DNA of 64,000 nt from Alkalispirochaeta sp. GTDB taxonomy: Bacteria; Spirochaetota; Spirochaetia; DSM-27196; Alkalispirochaetaceae. The translations under genes and the position numbers were made by a program. The stretch spans positions 32,001 to 96,000 of the forward strand of contig CBDESZ010000026.1 in the NCBI GenBank assembly GCA_965242725.1, in the 5' to 3' direction. The first letter of the stretch is position 1, and every line of letters begins with the position of its first letter. Shown piece by piece: positions 22,693 through 34,487 of this stretch. Under the pieces are notes generated by a model. The model did not search any database. It worked only from the letters and a program-made list of their open reading frames with translations, and had not been told where the DNA came from.

Positions 22693-25600
22693 ATGACTCA
22701 ACCACTGCTCGGAATCGATATCGGTTCCACCACGGTTAAACTGGTTTTGTTGGAGCCTGCCGCACGAAAGGTGGTGTACCACCGGTACGGTCCGCCACGG
22801 AGCGCAGCAGCGGGCGACGACGATACGCCTTCTGAAGGACCTGCTGGCGGGGGTCGGCAATATTCGGGTACTGCCCATCTGTACCGGCAGCGGTGCAAAT
22901 GGTATCGCCCGCTCCTCCGGGCTGCCCCACGTTCAGGAGGTCGTGGCAAACAGCGTCGCCGTGCGCCCACTTCTATCCCGACACCCGGGTTGCCATTGAG
23001 CTGGGCGGACAGGGACGCCAAAGTCATCTTTTTTCGCCTTGATGAGGCTACCGGAGAGCTCCACGCATCGGATATGCGCATGAACGGGAGTTGTGCAGGC
23101 GGAACGGGAGCGTTTATCGATGAAGTCGCAAAACTGCTGCAGACACCGGTTGAGCAGTTTGACGACCTTGCGGCGCGGGGGGCGTCAGGTATACCAGATT
23201 TCCGGCCGCTGCGGTGTTTTTGCCAAGACCGACATACAGCCGCTTTTGAATCAGGGGGTGGACCCGCGCCGATCTCGCCCTGTCAACCTTTCACGCCGTC
23301 GCGCGGCAGACGATAGGAGGCCTTGCCCAGGGGTTGCACATCCATCCGCCCGTCATTTTTCAGGGCGGCCCCCCTTACTTTCAACCACACCCTCCTTGAA
23401 GTCTTTGCCCAGCGCCTCGGATTGAGTCCCGAAGAGGTGATTCGACCGGAACAGCCTGAAATATTTGTTGCACTGGGAGCGGCACTCTCCCTTCCGCTGA
23501 TCGCGCCTGAGATGAACGATCTCTCCGTCGATGAACTCATCGAACGCGTCGGCGTCATCGATGGAGACCCGGGAAGGGGAGACGATGAGTCCCCTGCCGG
23601 CCGGGAAGGCGCGGGGAGGTTCTTTTGCCGATCGCCGGGAACGGGATGACTTTGAGCGACGACAACCGACGGCCCCCGTGGAAGGCGCGAGACCTTTCCT
23701 CCGGGGAGTACCGTCGATGTCTATATCGGCATCGACGCGGGATCGACGACGACGAAAGCGGTCATCATAGACGAGGACGAACGCATTCTTGACAAGGGAT
23801 ATTCCCACAATGAAGGGGAGCCCCTTCAGACGGGGGTACGGATTCTTTCGGAACTGCTCGGTCGCTACGAAGAGGAGGGAGTGGCGCTCCGGATCAGGGG
23901 ACTCGGTACGACCGGCTACGGCGAGCGCCTCTTTGCCGCCGCCTTCCACGCCGATTTTCACACGGTAGAGACCGTCGCCCACGCCCATGCCGCGCTGGGA
24001 ATCGAACCTGACGTCGGTTTTGTCCTCGATATCGGCGGACAGGACATGAAGGCGATCACCATACATGAGGGGATCGTCACGGCGATCAGCCTGAACGAGG
24101 CGTGCTCCGCCGGATGCGGCTCCTTTCTCGAGAACTTTGCCCACAACCTTGAAGTTCCCGTCGAGTCGATTGCCGCACGCGCGTTTGCGGCGCACATGCC
24201 GAGTCAGCTTGGCTCCCGATGCACCGTATTCATGAACTCCTCAATCATTACGGAACAGAAAAACGGCAAAAGCCCCGACGACATCCTCGCCGGACTCTGC
24301 CGTTCGATCGTGGAGAATGTCTTCACCAAGGTTGTCCGGGTGCCGAACTTTTCCGCCCTCGGCGACACCGTGGTCGTCCAGGGCGGTACCTTCGAGAACG
24401 ACGCCGTCCTGCGCGCCCTGGAACAGTACACCGGGCGACGGGTAGTGCGGGCGCCGCACCCCGGACTGATGGGTGCCCTCGGTGTCGCACGGCTGACCCG
24501 GGAGCATATGGACCGGACGAAGACCGGCCCCTCCGCCTTTCCCGGTCTGGAGGGGCTGCGCACCTTTGAGGCGAAACGGGAAAGCGGACATATCTGCCCC
24601 TACTGCTCAAACGCATGCAATCGTACGGTGGTACGCTTTTCCGACGGTACCCTCTTTGTCACCGGCAACCGCTGTGAGCGGGGAGAGGTCCTTGAAGACC
24701 CGGCGGCGCCGGACGGGAAAGAACGGGAACGGGAACGGCTGCGCGAAATTGCCCGCCGCCATCGGGGCACACCCAATCTCATGCAGGAACGTGATCACCT
24801 GCTCTTCAGGCGCCCCCGGGAAGAGCTGATTCATGACGTGCGGAAGGTGACGATCGGCATTCCCCGGACACTGGAGTTCTGGCAGAGCTATCCCTTCTGG
24901 TACGCCTTCTGGACGACCCTGGGATTCGACGTCGTCCTTTCCGACGAAAGCAGCAAAGAGCTGTACGAAAACGGACTCTCGGCGGTACCGTCCGATACCG
25001 TATGCTTTCCCGCCAAGCTCGCCCACGGTCATGTGAGAAACCTCATTGCCAGGGGGGTGAACCGTATTTTTATGCCCATGATCAACCGCATGCCGCCGGA
25101 AAACCTCTCGGTTCAGAGCAATCACGTATGTGCCGTTGTGAAAGGCTATCCTATGGTCGTCGATGTGAGCGATGAGCCCGAGCGGAACTGGGGCATTCCC
25201 CTTGATCGCCCCATGTTTCACTGGGTTGACGAGAGAACGCGGCGGAAGCAGATCGTGAAGTGGGTCTCCGAGACCTTTCGTCTTCCTCCCGACGTGGTGG
25301 AGGAGGCGGTTCATCGCGGTAACATCAGGCAGACCGAGTTCGAGGGAGAGCTCATGCGCCGGGGTGCGTCTGTCCTGGCGGACCTTGAGGAGCGGCAAGA
25401 AGCCTTTGCGGTCGTCATTGCGGCGCGGCCGTACCATTCGGACCGGCTCATCAACCACGACCTTGCCGCGTTTTTTATCGAGGCAGGAATACCCGTACTG
25501 ACCGCCGACAGTCTGCCGGGGCTCTACGACGTCGATCTCTCGGCGACGAGATCGGAGATGACCATAAACTTTCACGTCCGTATGTATGCGGCGGCGTTGA

Positions 25601-27117
25601 AGGTCGCGGAAAATCCGAAACTTGAACTCGTTCAGATCGTCAGTTTTGGATGCGGTCATGATGCGGTCATCAGCGACGAGATCGTGCGTCTCCTTGAGAC
25701 GGGGAGCGGCAAGAGCCCGCTGACATTGAAACTCGACGAAACGGATGTCAAAGGACCACTGGCGATCAGAATCCGCTCATTCATAGAGACGGTCAGGACG
25801 CGCCGCCGCCGGGATCACCTCTCCCGCCGGCCCGGGGTGATACTTCCCGATCCCTTTCCTGTGAAGTTCAGGAAAGAAGACCGCCGCGAGAAGGTCATTA
25901 TGGCCCCAAACGTGAGCGAAGCGTTTTCAATAATCATCAGTGCCGCGATCAGGGCGGAAGGGTATCGCATCGAACCCCTTCCCCTGGCGGATCGGCGCGC
26001 CATAGAACTGGGCAAACGCTACATTCACAACGATATGTGCTACCCCGCACAGGTGAATGTCGGTGAAATGTTGCGGGCCCTGGAGACGGGTGTTGTGAAG
26101 CGGGAGCACGCGGTCTGCGGACTCGCCAAGAGTCAATGCGACTGCCGTCTCGCCCACTACGCCAGCCTCGCCCGGCGGGCCCTCGACGACGCGGGATATC
26201 CGGAGATTCCGATAATCACCACCGATATGGACACAAAAAACATGCATCCCGGTTTTGCATTGAGCCCGCTCTTTCAGTTGCGGATGCTCTGGGCGCTGGC
26301 GATGGTGGACGCTCTGGAAGCGCTGCGGTTGAAGTTGCGGCCCTACGAGCTGCATACGGGAGAGGTGGACGGTGTCATAAACGAGTCGGTGCAACAGGTC
26401 GCGGCGGCACTGGAGGTGTCGGTACGACGTGCCCTCCGCTCCTTTGAGCGGGCGATCGAGCGACTGCAGACGGTCCCCCTCTCGGATGCTCCCGCCCGTC
26501 GGAAGGTCTTCGTCATCGGAGAGTTCCTGCTCAATTTTCACGCCACTAGCAATAACAACATCGTCCACTATCTGGAATCCCACGATATGGAGGTGGTGCT
26601 TCCGGCGATCCTCGATTCGTTCCGACGCGATTTCATGCGTCAGAAGACGGAACGACGGGAGTTCTTCATTCGCTATCCCTTTGTGGAAACGGTCCTGGGG
26701 GAGGTGACGGACTATCTCTTTGAGCATGTCCTCAACCGCATTGCGTCGATCGCCGAGCGCCACCCCCGATACCACCGACGCATCGGCCTGCCTGAAATAG
26801 CGACGCTCTCCGAAAAGATCGTTCACCACACATTCACCTCCGGTGAGGGGTGGATGATCGCCGGCGAAATACTCCACCACGCCGCGGAAGGAATCAACTC
26901 CTTCCTCATTCTGCAGCCCTTCGGATGCCTCCCGAACCACGTGACGGGACGGGGGCTGGTAAAGAAACTGAAGGAAATCTATCCCCGTATCCAGATCCTC
27001 AGCCTCGATTACGATCCTGACACGAGTTTTGCAAATATCGAGAACCGTCTGCAGATGCTCGTAATGAACAGTCGCCTTGCCGCCGGGAAAGTGAAGGATT
27101 ACACTGAATACCCATGA
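22693..27117 (+). CDS. 2-hydroxyacyl-CoA dehydratase activator-like multidomain protein (BadF/BcrA ATPase x2 + dehydratase-like region); 5' part frameshifted
   Basis: GIDIGSTTVK, MNGSCAGGTG, GIDAGSTTTK, NEACSAGCGS, CFPAK, SFGCG, QPFGCLPNH. Confidence 0.85.
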
Positions 27118-27782
27118 ATGAACGGGTAATCGATGGAGTGATTTTTGATCTGGACGGCGTCGTGGTCTACACCGACGAGTATCACTACAAGGCGTGGAAA
27201 AAGCTCGCCGACAAAAACGGATGGGACTTTGACGAATCCCTGAATGACCGGCTCAGGGGGGTGTCCCGTATGGCGTCTCTTCAGATCATCCTTGACCACA
27301 ACGGGATTGAATTGCCTGAAGAGACGCGCACGGCCCTGGCGACGGAAAAAAATGAAGACTACAAGGCTTTTCTCGCCGAAATTGATGAAACCGCCCTCGT
27401 CGCCGGCTCTCTTGAGTTTATTCGGGCGCTCCGGGCGCGGGGAATAAAAACGGGCCTCGGAAGCAGCAGCAGGAACGCATCCCTCGTCCTTGATAAACTC
27501 GGAATTACCGAACTCTTTGACGCCGTGGTGACCGGCAGGGATATCGAAAAATCGAAACCCGACCCGGAGATCTTTGTGAAGGGTGCACACCGGCTGGGTA
27601 CTCCCATCGATCGGACCTATGTGTTTGAAGACGCCGCAAGCGGTGTTGACGCGGCGCAGGCGGGCGGAATGGTCGCCGTAGGATTCGGTCCGTCCGACGG
27701 CCTTGACCATGCTGATGTGCGGGTCCTTTCGTTTTCAGATATCGACGTGGATGTTTTTGTTCAGACCGGCCGTCCCGGGTAG
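27114..27782 (+). CDS. pgmB: beta-phosphoglucomutase (HAD family)
   Basis: FDLDGV, RLRGVSR, KPDPEIF, FEDA. Confidence 0.85.
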   Translation: MNERVIDGVIFDLDGVVVYTDEYHYKAWKKLADKNGWDFDESLNDRLRGVSRMASLQIILDHNGIELPEETRTALATEKNEDYKAFLAEIDETALVAGSLEFIRALRARGIKTGLGSSSRNASLVLDKLGITELFDAVVTGRDIEKSKPDPEIFVKGAHRLGTPIDRTYVFEDAASGVDAAQAGGMVAVGFGPSDGLDHADVRVLSFSDIDVDVFVQTGRPG

Positions 27783-28918
27783 GCGTCGAGAATTGCCGAC
27801 GCCTCCGCGGCATTGTGGGTGTCATAGAGCGCAAAGAGGAGTCTCGTCGCCTCGGGATCCTCGGGAGCGGCGGGAAGGCCGTCGGGTGGTCCGTCGGGGT
27901 AGACGCACAGATAATTGCGAAAAAACTTTTTCAGAACCTCGTAATTCCGGCGATCGCCCCACCGGGCGGTAAAGGCGTTGATCTGCTCGCGAAGATAGGC
28001 AAGCCGCCGGATCAGCGGTATTTCCGTCCATTCCGGTGGCTCACCGCCGTCCTGCGATCCTCGCGCAGCTGAACGCGCAGCTGTGGAGACGGATCTCCTG
28101 GCAAAGATAAGGGGATCGTAAAAGACACCACGGCCGATCATGATGCCGTCGACCCTCGTCTCTTCCACGCGCCGGAGTCCCTGATCGATCGAGTATACGT
28201 CGCCGTTCCCGATGATTGCGGTGTCGTGGCCGCCCCTCCGCAGGCGTTCATCCCGCAGGTTCACCGCCTTTGCCACCTCCGACCACTCCGCCGCACCTTC
28301 CGAAAGCTGGTCGGCGATGCGGCCGTGGATCGTCAACGCGTCGATATTCAACTCCAGGAGAAAATCGACCCATTCCTCGGTAACGACGCGATCGAGGCCG
28401 ATTCGCGTTTTCACGCTCAGGGGCAGCGATGATCCGGCGCGACATGCGGCGATGATTTCCGCGGCTACGTCGTGTCGCCCGATGAGGGCGGAACAGGCGC
28501 CGACTTTGCGGATTTTTCGCGCCGGGCATCCCATGTTTATGTCGATACCGTCAAACCCGAGGCGTTCCACCGCCTGCGCCGCCGCGTAAAACTCTTCCGG
28601 ACGGGTACCCCAGAGCTGGGCGACCATCGGGCGTTCAAAATCGGTATAGACGAGACGATCGTACCGCTCCGGGGAACCCGCCGTCGGGCGCGTCGCTTCC
28701 GTTTGTTGCGACTCATCAATCCGACGCGCCGCCTCCATCTGCCACGCCCGCACCGCGCCGTCGACACGGGTAAATTCGGAATACATGATTGCCGGTCCCG
28801 GACTGCCCCACGCCAGTGACCACCGGCGAATGAGGGTCCGGAAGACGGTATCGGTCACGTCTTCCATGGGAGCGAGTACGAAAAAGGGGCGCGGGATATC
28901 GCGATAGAGGGAGGACAT
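27761..28918 (-). CDS. tRNA-dihydrouridine synthase family protein
   Basis: LAPMEDVTD, DINMGCP, SVKTR, IHGR, GNGD, MIGRG. Confidence 0.92.
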   Translation of the reverse strand: MSSLYRDIPRPFFVLAPMEDVTDTVFRTLIRRWSLAWGSPGPAIMYSEFTRVDGAVRAWQMEAARRIDESQQTEATRPTAGSPERYDRLVYTDFERPMVAQLWGTRPEEFYAAAQAVERLGFDGIDINMGCPARKIRKVGACSALIGRHDVAAEIIAACRAGSSLPLSVKTRIGLDRVVTEEWVDFLLELNIDALTIHGRIADQLSEGAAEWSEVAKAVNLRDERLRRGGHDTAIIGNGDVYSIDQGLRRVEETRVDGIMIGRGVFYDPLIFARRSVSTAARSAARGSQDGGEPPEWTEIPLIRRLAYLREQINAFTARWGDRRNYEVLKKFFRNYLCVYPDGPPDGLPAAPEDPEATRLLFALYDTHNAAEASAILDAYPGRPV

Positions 28919-30054
28919 CACAATGCGGACAGGAACCAGAACATGGCGACGCCGAGGTAATTTCCGACGGCGTACCCGATGACACCGGTGGTGATACCCG
29001 CCGCGATGAGACGGGGATCCCTGACAATAGGGGCGAGCATGCCCACAAAGGGAGGCGAACAGACCGCGGAAATGCTGGTGACCATGATCGTCCCCCTTCG
29101 AATCCTGAAAATTCGACCCAGAATGAAATGGAGGCCGAGGCTGCCGAAGACGACGATGGAGAGATAGGCGATGATCACCGGAGAGGTGGTGACCATCCGT
29201 TCCACTTCAGCCATCGATCCGACGGCGACGGAGAAGATGAGGATGAAAAACTCCCCGGTCCTGAAGCTTGTAGTCAACCGGGATATACCGGGAATTATGG
29301 TTGCCAGGAGGGAGAGTGTCGTCAAAAGGAGAATGGTCACCGTCGTCGCGTGCTCGTCGGGGACCATTGCCGAGAGGGCGACGCTCAAGAGTACGACGGC
29401 GGCGGCGCATCCAAGGGCGATGAACGTTGTCCCCCGGTTGCCCCGAGCGACTATTTGAACATACGCGGGTGAGAGATTATCGGCACCGCCGCCGGAGGGG
29501 GCGGCGGATCTGCCGTCACGCTCCTCTCCACCCAATATGCGCCGCCCGAGGAGGAGGATAAGGAGGATGTAGACGGCGCTCACGAGAAGATCCACCGTGT
29601 GAACCGTCAGGTAGAGGGAGCTTTCCACGTCAAGGGCGACGCGTATCGCCGCAAGATTCGGTGTTCCGCCGGTATAGACGCCCACGAGGAGTCCGCCGAT
29701 TTCCGCACCCGACTGGACGAGATGGGCAAGGAGGAAGTGGGCGACCGTCACCGCGATAAGTACCGAAATTCCGGCGAGGAGGAACGAAATGATCGCCTCC
29801 CGGCCCGCCCTCATCCAGCCACGGATATCGACGGCAAAGAGCATGAGGGGAATCGAAAACGCCACGGCGGCACTGGAAACGCCGTCCTGCAGTGCCCCCA
29901 TTGCCGCGGTGTGGGGCAGAACCAGCGAAAGGAGCAGTCCCGCCACGTAGGCGGGAATGATCGGATTGATGACGTTTGTCCGCGGCAGATAGTGCTGGAC
30001 AAAAATGATAATGACGGGAATCAGGATGAACAGGAGGGCGATGCTATACTCCAC
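28918..30054 (-). CDS. DUF819-like membrane protein
   Basis: GGTPNLAAI, GYAVGNYLG, about 10 TM segments. Confidence 0.7.
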   Translation of the reverse strand: MEYSIALLFILIPVIIIFVQHYLPRTNVINPIIPAYVAGLLLSLVLPHTAAMGALQDGVSSAAVAFSIPLMLFAVDIRGWMRAGREAIISFLLAGISVLIAVTVAHFLLAHLVQSGAEIGGLLVGVYTGGTPNLAAIRVALDVESSLYLTVHTVDLLVSAVYILLILLLGRRILGGEERDGRSAAPSGGGADNLSPAYVQIVARGNRGTTFIALGCAAAVVLLSVALSAMVPDEHATTVTILLLTTLSLLATIIPGISRLTTSFRTGEFFILIFSVAVGSMAEVERMVTTSPVIIAYLSIVVFGSLGLHFILGRIFRIRRGTIMVTSISAVCSPPFVGMLAPIVRDPRLIAAGITTGVIGYAVGNYLGVAMFWFLSAL

Positions 30055-30230
30055 AGGAAACTCCCCAATGCTACTTCTTCTTTTTCAGGGCAAGAAAAAT
30101 CGCGCCCAGGCTCCACAGTCCCACCGTGGCGAGGGCGGTTTGCCACATTGAATCAACGGTACCGGCAAGTACCGGAATCCAGAGCAGCACGGTCCCTGAA
30201 AGAAGAAGTACCATCATACCCCGCCTCGTT

Positions 30231-30980
30231 TCAACCGGCGAGAACCTGAAACACCGTCATTCCCGCAACGGCGAGGGTAGTCGTCGTCGCGACGTGTTCC
30301 TTTTTGGCGTTTTCAAGAGCCTCGGGTATGAGTTCAGACGTGACCATCCATATCATGGCGCCGGCGGCAAGACCGAGACCGACGGGGAGTACCGGTTCAA
30401 AGAGCCGTACAAAGAGGAACGCCGGGACGGCGACGAGGGGCTGGGGAAGGCTTGAGAAAATGGCCCACAGTCCCGCTTTCCACGCCCTGACGCCGCGCGG
30501 AACGAGGATAAGTGAAATCGCGAGACCTTCCGGGATGTTGTGGACGGCGATGGCGAGGGAAATGAACGCGCCAAACTGCTCCCCTCCGCCGAAGGAGACC
30601 CCCACGCCGACGCCTTCCGCAAAGGAGTGAAGGGTCATGACACCGACAATCATGAGCGCTTTCTTTGCGTCCGCACCCTGAAGATCCCCCACTGAAACTC
30701 CGTCGTTGTGGTCAAGACGGGTCTGGGTCACGTAAATGAAGAGGACCCCGAGAAGAATACCTCCGACGGTACGCCACATGCTGTAGTCGATACCTTCGTA
30801 GATGAGATTGAAGCTCGCCGCGGCCATGATTCCCGCCGCAAAAGCGCCGGCCAGGGCGAGGACGCGCCTGGACAGATCCTTGCGGACAAAGAAAGGAATT
30901 GCCCCAAGCCCCGTTGCCAGGGCGGTAATCATGGCATAGACAAATACGATCCATACCGACGGGAGTGCGAGATCTTCCAT
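30231..30980 (-). CDS. ZIP (ZupT/GufA) family metal transporter
   Basis: HSFAEG, HNIPEGLAI, AAGAMI, ELIPEA. Confidence 0.9.
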   Translation of the reverse strand: MEDLALPSVWIVFVYAMITALATGLGAIPFFVRKDLSRRVLALAGAFAAGIMAAASFNLIYEGIDYSMWRTVGGILLGVLFIYVTQTRLDHNDGVSVGDLQGADAKKALMIVGVMTLHSFAEGVGVGVSFGGGEQFGAFISLAIAVHNIPEGLAISLILVPRGVRAWKAGLWAIFSSLPQPLVAVPAFLFVRLFEPVLPVGLGLAAGAMIWMVTSELIPEALENAKKEHVATTTTLAVAGMTVFQVLAG

Positions 30981-30988
30981 GGCATTAA

Positions 30989-31003
30989 TAATAATGATTC
31001 TTA
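30989..31003. promoter_or_regulatory. Fur/Zur-like 7-1-7 box over the ZIP promoter
   Basis: TAATAAT-G-ATTCTTA immediately upstream of the ZIP start. Confidence 0.5.
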
Positions 31004-31075
31004 ATAAGAGAGGCAATGAATCGTACATCGGACCGGCGGCTGCGCGGAAGGCGCACATGTGGTAGGATACTGCGA

Positions 31076-32401
31076 GTGAAAAGTCCGACAATCAGTGCGC
31101 TCATTATCGCGATGTTATTCGCCCTCGCCGGGTGTTCCGGAGGAAATGAAACGACTCAGCAATCCGAATCCTCGCCGGAACGAGTGGGAACCGGGTCAAA
31201 CCGACGTCCCTACGCGGGGGTGGAACTGCATATCCTCGCAAACGACCACCCCTGGGTCCACCACATATCTCAAAAGGTCTCCGCCTTTACCCGCGCGACC
31301 GGTGCAACCGTCCACTTTGAAGTCTATCCGGAGGAGCAGTTTCGGGTAAAACGGACCGTGGAAATGCTCTCCGGTATATCGGAGATCGATGCCTATATGA
31401 TCATGCCGGGAAACAGCCTTGACGAGTACTACCATCAGGGATGGATCGAACCGCTGGACGACTTCATGGGAACCGGTTTTCAGACCGATGACTTCTATCC
31501 CCGGGCACTCGCGGCAGGGATGAGGGAAGGGCAGCATTTCACCATTCCCCTGCTTCTTGAGACGTCCATCCTTGCATACAATCGCCGAATTTTTGACGAA
31601 TATGGTCTCACCGTGCCTCGAACGATGGAAGAACTGGAACGGGTCGCCGGGGAGGTCTATCGACGGTCAAACGGGACGATCTACGGCATTACCATGCGGG
31701 GGCGCGGTGCGTCGGCGACGAGTCAATGGGCGGATTTTCTCCACTCGTTCGGGGGGGCCTGGGTTGACGAAGACGGGATGGCCGCTCTTGACTCTCCCGA
31801 GGCGCGGGCGGCGCTTGAGTACTATGGACGGCTCCTGCGGGAGTACGGTCCGCCCGACGCAACGGGCAACGGCTGGTATGAAAGCCTCTCCCTCTTTATG
31901 CGCGGTGATGCGGCGATGATATTCGACGCCAATGTCTTTCGGACGCACTATGAAGACAGAGAACGATCGCTCGTCGCAGGCGAGGTGGGATACGCGACGC
32001 TGCCGGCAGGTCCCGCCGGGACGGTGCCGCATATCTCCCACTGGGGACTGGCGATCTATCCGGGATCACGCAATAAAGAGGCAATGTGGCTCTTTATCGA
32101 GTGGGCATCCACGGTGGAGCAGGCGCTTTCCGCGCACCTCGCGGGCATACCGTCGGCGCGCATGAGCATATGGCGGGCACCGGAAGTTACCGATGTCGAT
32201 CCGGCGCCGCAATGGACGGACGCATCGACCCGGAGCTATGAGATCGCCACCTATCAGTGGAATCCTCCGGTCCGCAAGGTTGAAGAGGCGCGCGCCGTCG
32301 TCGGATCCGCAATAGTCGACGCCATACTGGGACAGGAGGTGGCTCCCGCGGCGCGTCGGGCGACGGAAGGACTCAATACAATCATCCGCAGTGAAGAGTG
32401 A
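31076..32401 (+). CDS. sugar ABC-type solute-binding lipoprotein (solo)
   Basis: lipobox LAGC; SBP family 1 features; GTG start inferred. Confidence 0.85.
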   Translation: MKSPTISALIIAMLFALAGCSGGNETTQQSESSPERVGTGSNRRPYAGVELHILANDHPWVHHISQKVSAFTRATGATVHFEVYPEEQFRVKRTVEMLSGISEIDAYMIMPGNSLDEYYHQGWIEPLDDFMGTGFQTDDFYPRALAAGMREGQHFTIPLLLETSILAYNRRIFDEYGLTVPRTMEELERVAGEVYRRSNGTIYGITMRGRGASATSQWADFLHSFGGAWVDEDGMAALDSPEARAALEYYGRLLREYGPPDATGNGWYESLSLFMRGDAAMIFDANVFRTHYEDRERSLVAGEVGYATLPAGPAGTVPHISHWGLAIYPGSRNKEAMWLFIEWASTVEQALSAHLAGIPSARMSIWRAPEVTDVDPAPQWTDASTRSYEIATYQWNPPVRKVEEARAVVGSAIVDAILGQEVAPAARRATEGLNTIIRSEE

Positions 32402-32402
32402 T

Positions 32403-34487
32403 ATGAACCGCCCCATGAGCATCCGGAACCGCATATTTTTCTCATACGTTCTCCTCCTGGCGATCATCGGCCTGTTTGTTTCAATGTCCGGGGTGATACG
32501 GGCGATCCGTTTCACCGTTGAAGAGGACCGCGCGGCGGTGCTTGAGCTCCAGTCCAACTGGGCGGCAACGCGAATGCTTTTGGGCGATATGATTATCAAC
32601 TGGAGCAACGGCGCCGCCTATGAGGAGTTCATCGAGTACCGTCGACGATTCAACGACCAGCTGGCATCGCTGGAAGCGGGAATGGCGAACCGCCTCTATT
32701 ACGGAGAGCGGTTTGTCCCCCTCTTCGCCGGCCTCGACGCCGTATGGACAACGGCGGACAGCCATCTGGAGCGGGTGACGGCGGTGGTGGAAGACCCGAG
32801 TTTCTATCTTGTAGAAGAGATGGTACAGCGGCAGCCGGGTCTGCAGCGGCTGAACCATCTGTGGGCGGAACTCGTAGACCGCAACACCGTTCAAAGCCGC
32901 AGGACCGCACATCTTATTCAACAGCTCATTACGGAAGTGGAGTTCTTTCCCATTTACGGCGACACCATGGAACGTCTGATGAGCGAGCTTGTCGGACAGG
33001 CAGAAGAGGTGCAGCGACTTATCGCCCGGGTGGAATCGGTGGGACGCCTCGTCTTTTTCCTCACCTTCCTCGCGGCGTCACTCTTCCTTGCGTCACGGTT
33101 TTCCCACTCCCTTTCACGGCCGATCATCAGCGTCACCCGTCGGGTCAGGGAGTTTGCCGGGTTGACCGGCGAGTCTCTCCCGCCGCAGACCACATATCAT
33201 GGTACGGGCCGGTGGGCGGGCGGGCAGGATGAGGTCGCCCTCCTTTCCGATACCATCGACCGCATGGTCGATCACTATACCGATCTTGCCGAACGGGCGG
33301 AGCAGCTTGCCCGGGGCGAGGTGACGGGAAACAGCCCCCAGTTTCCGCGGGAAGGTGTCGTCGGTCGTTCCCTCGACGAAATCGCGGAGTACCTTCACGA
33401 GCTTGCCAGCACGAGCGCATGGATTCGGAACGGAGAATATGGACTGCGCATCCGACAGCGGTCGGAAAATGACGTCATCACCCGCAATTTCAACATCATG
33501 TCCGCGGTCATCCATGAAAAGATAACCACCCTGCGCAACATGTTTGAGGCCGTCGATGAGGCGGTCATCGTCGTTGACGCCGACGGATCGGTCCTGGAGG
33601 TGAACTCTCAGGTCTATCACCTCCTCGGAAGGGGAACAAGAGATGACGAAACTGATGAGTACATACGCCGGGAAATCGCCCCCCTTCTGTTGAAGAGTCC
33701 CCGGGAAGAGCGGGAAGGGACAGACGGCGTTCCCAGCTATGTCTCGATGTATAACATCCACGGGCATGAGGTTCCCGTCAGAATGCTTCGCCGTACACTG
33801 CCGGGCGGCTCCGAGAGCCGGGAGCAGTGTATGTTTCTCATCACCAACGAATCTTGGCGGGCCCGGGCCAAGCGGGAACGGGAGCGGCTGCGTGCCCAGG
33901 CGACCATGGCGGAGCTGCGGGCCCTTCGCGCGCAGATTCATCCCCACTTCTTTTTCAACACCCTCAATACCATCGCCTATCTCATCGAGACCGACGGGGA
34001 ACGGGCGGTCGGTACCGTGCAGGATCTGGCGGACCTTTTTCGCTATACCCTTGCGGCGACAAAGACGGACAGGGTGCCCCTGCGGGAGGAGCTTCGGCAT
34101 ATCAGGAAGTATCTCGATATCGAACTCCTCCGCCATGGTGACACCCTGACAATTACCTACGACGTGGATGAAGCGATTCATTCCCGTGCGGTCCCGCCGA
34201 TGCTCCTTCAACCGCTGGTGGAGAACTCCATACGTTACGGCGGAGATGCGTCGGGGCATATTCATCTCACCATCAGAGGCCGTGCGGAGGGCGCCAACAC
34301 GGTCCTTGAAATCGGAGACAACGGCTGTCGCGAAATAGAACCGGAGTCGCTCTTTCACGCCCACGGTACGGGAATACGCAACGTAAACCAGCGCTTTCAG
34401 ACGCTCTTTGGAACGTCAATCAGGATTCGTCGCAATTCGCCGGAAGGATTGCTGATAACCCTGCCGATGCCGGGAGGAGGACAATGA
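32403..34487 (+). CDS. LytS/YpdA-type sensor histidine kinase (2 TM, HAMP, PAS-like)
   Basis: AQIHPHFFFNTLN, LQPLVENS, GTGIRNV. Confidence 0.92.
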   Translation: MNRPMSIRNRIFFSYVLLLAIIGLFVSMSGVIRAIRFTVEEDRAAVLELQSNWAATRMLLGDMIINWSNGAAYEEFIEYRRRFNDQLASLEAGMANRLYYGERFVPLFAGLDAVWTTADSHLERVTAVVEDPSFYLVEEMVQRQPGLQRLNHLWAELVDRNTVQSRRTAHLIQQLITEVEFFPIYGDTMERLMSELVGQAEEVQRLIARVESVGRLVFFLTFLAASLFLASRFSHSLSRPIISVTRRVREFAGLTGESLPPQTTYHGTGRWAGGQDEVALLSDTIDRMVDHYTDLAERAEQLARGEVTGNSPQFPREGVVGRSLDEIAEYLHELASTSAWIRNGEYGLRIRQRSENDVITRNFNIMSAVIHEKITTLRNMFEAVDEAVIVVDADGSVLEVNSQVYHLLGRGTRDDETDEYIRREIAPLLLKSPREEREGTDGVPSYVSMYNIHGHEVPVRMLRRTLPGGSESREQCMFLITNESWRARAKRERERLRAQATMAELRALRAQIHPHFFFNTLNTIAYLIETDGERAVGTVQDLADLFRYTLAATKTDRVPLREELRHIRKYLDIELLRHGDTLTITYDVDEAIHSRAVPPMLLQPLVENSIRYGGDASGHIHLTIRGRAEGANTVLEIGDNGCREIEPESLFHAHGTGIRNVNQRFQTLFGTSIRIRRNSPEGLLITLPMPGGGQ

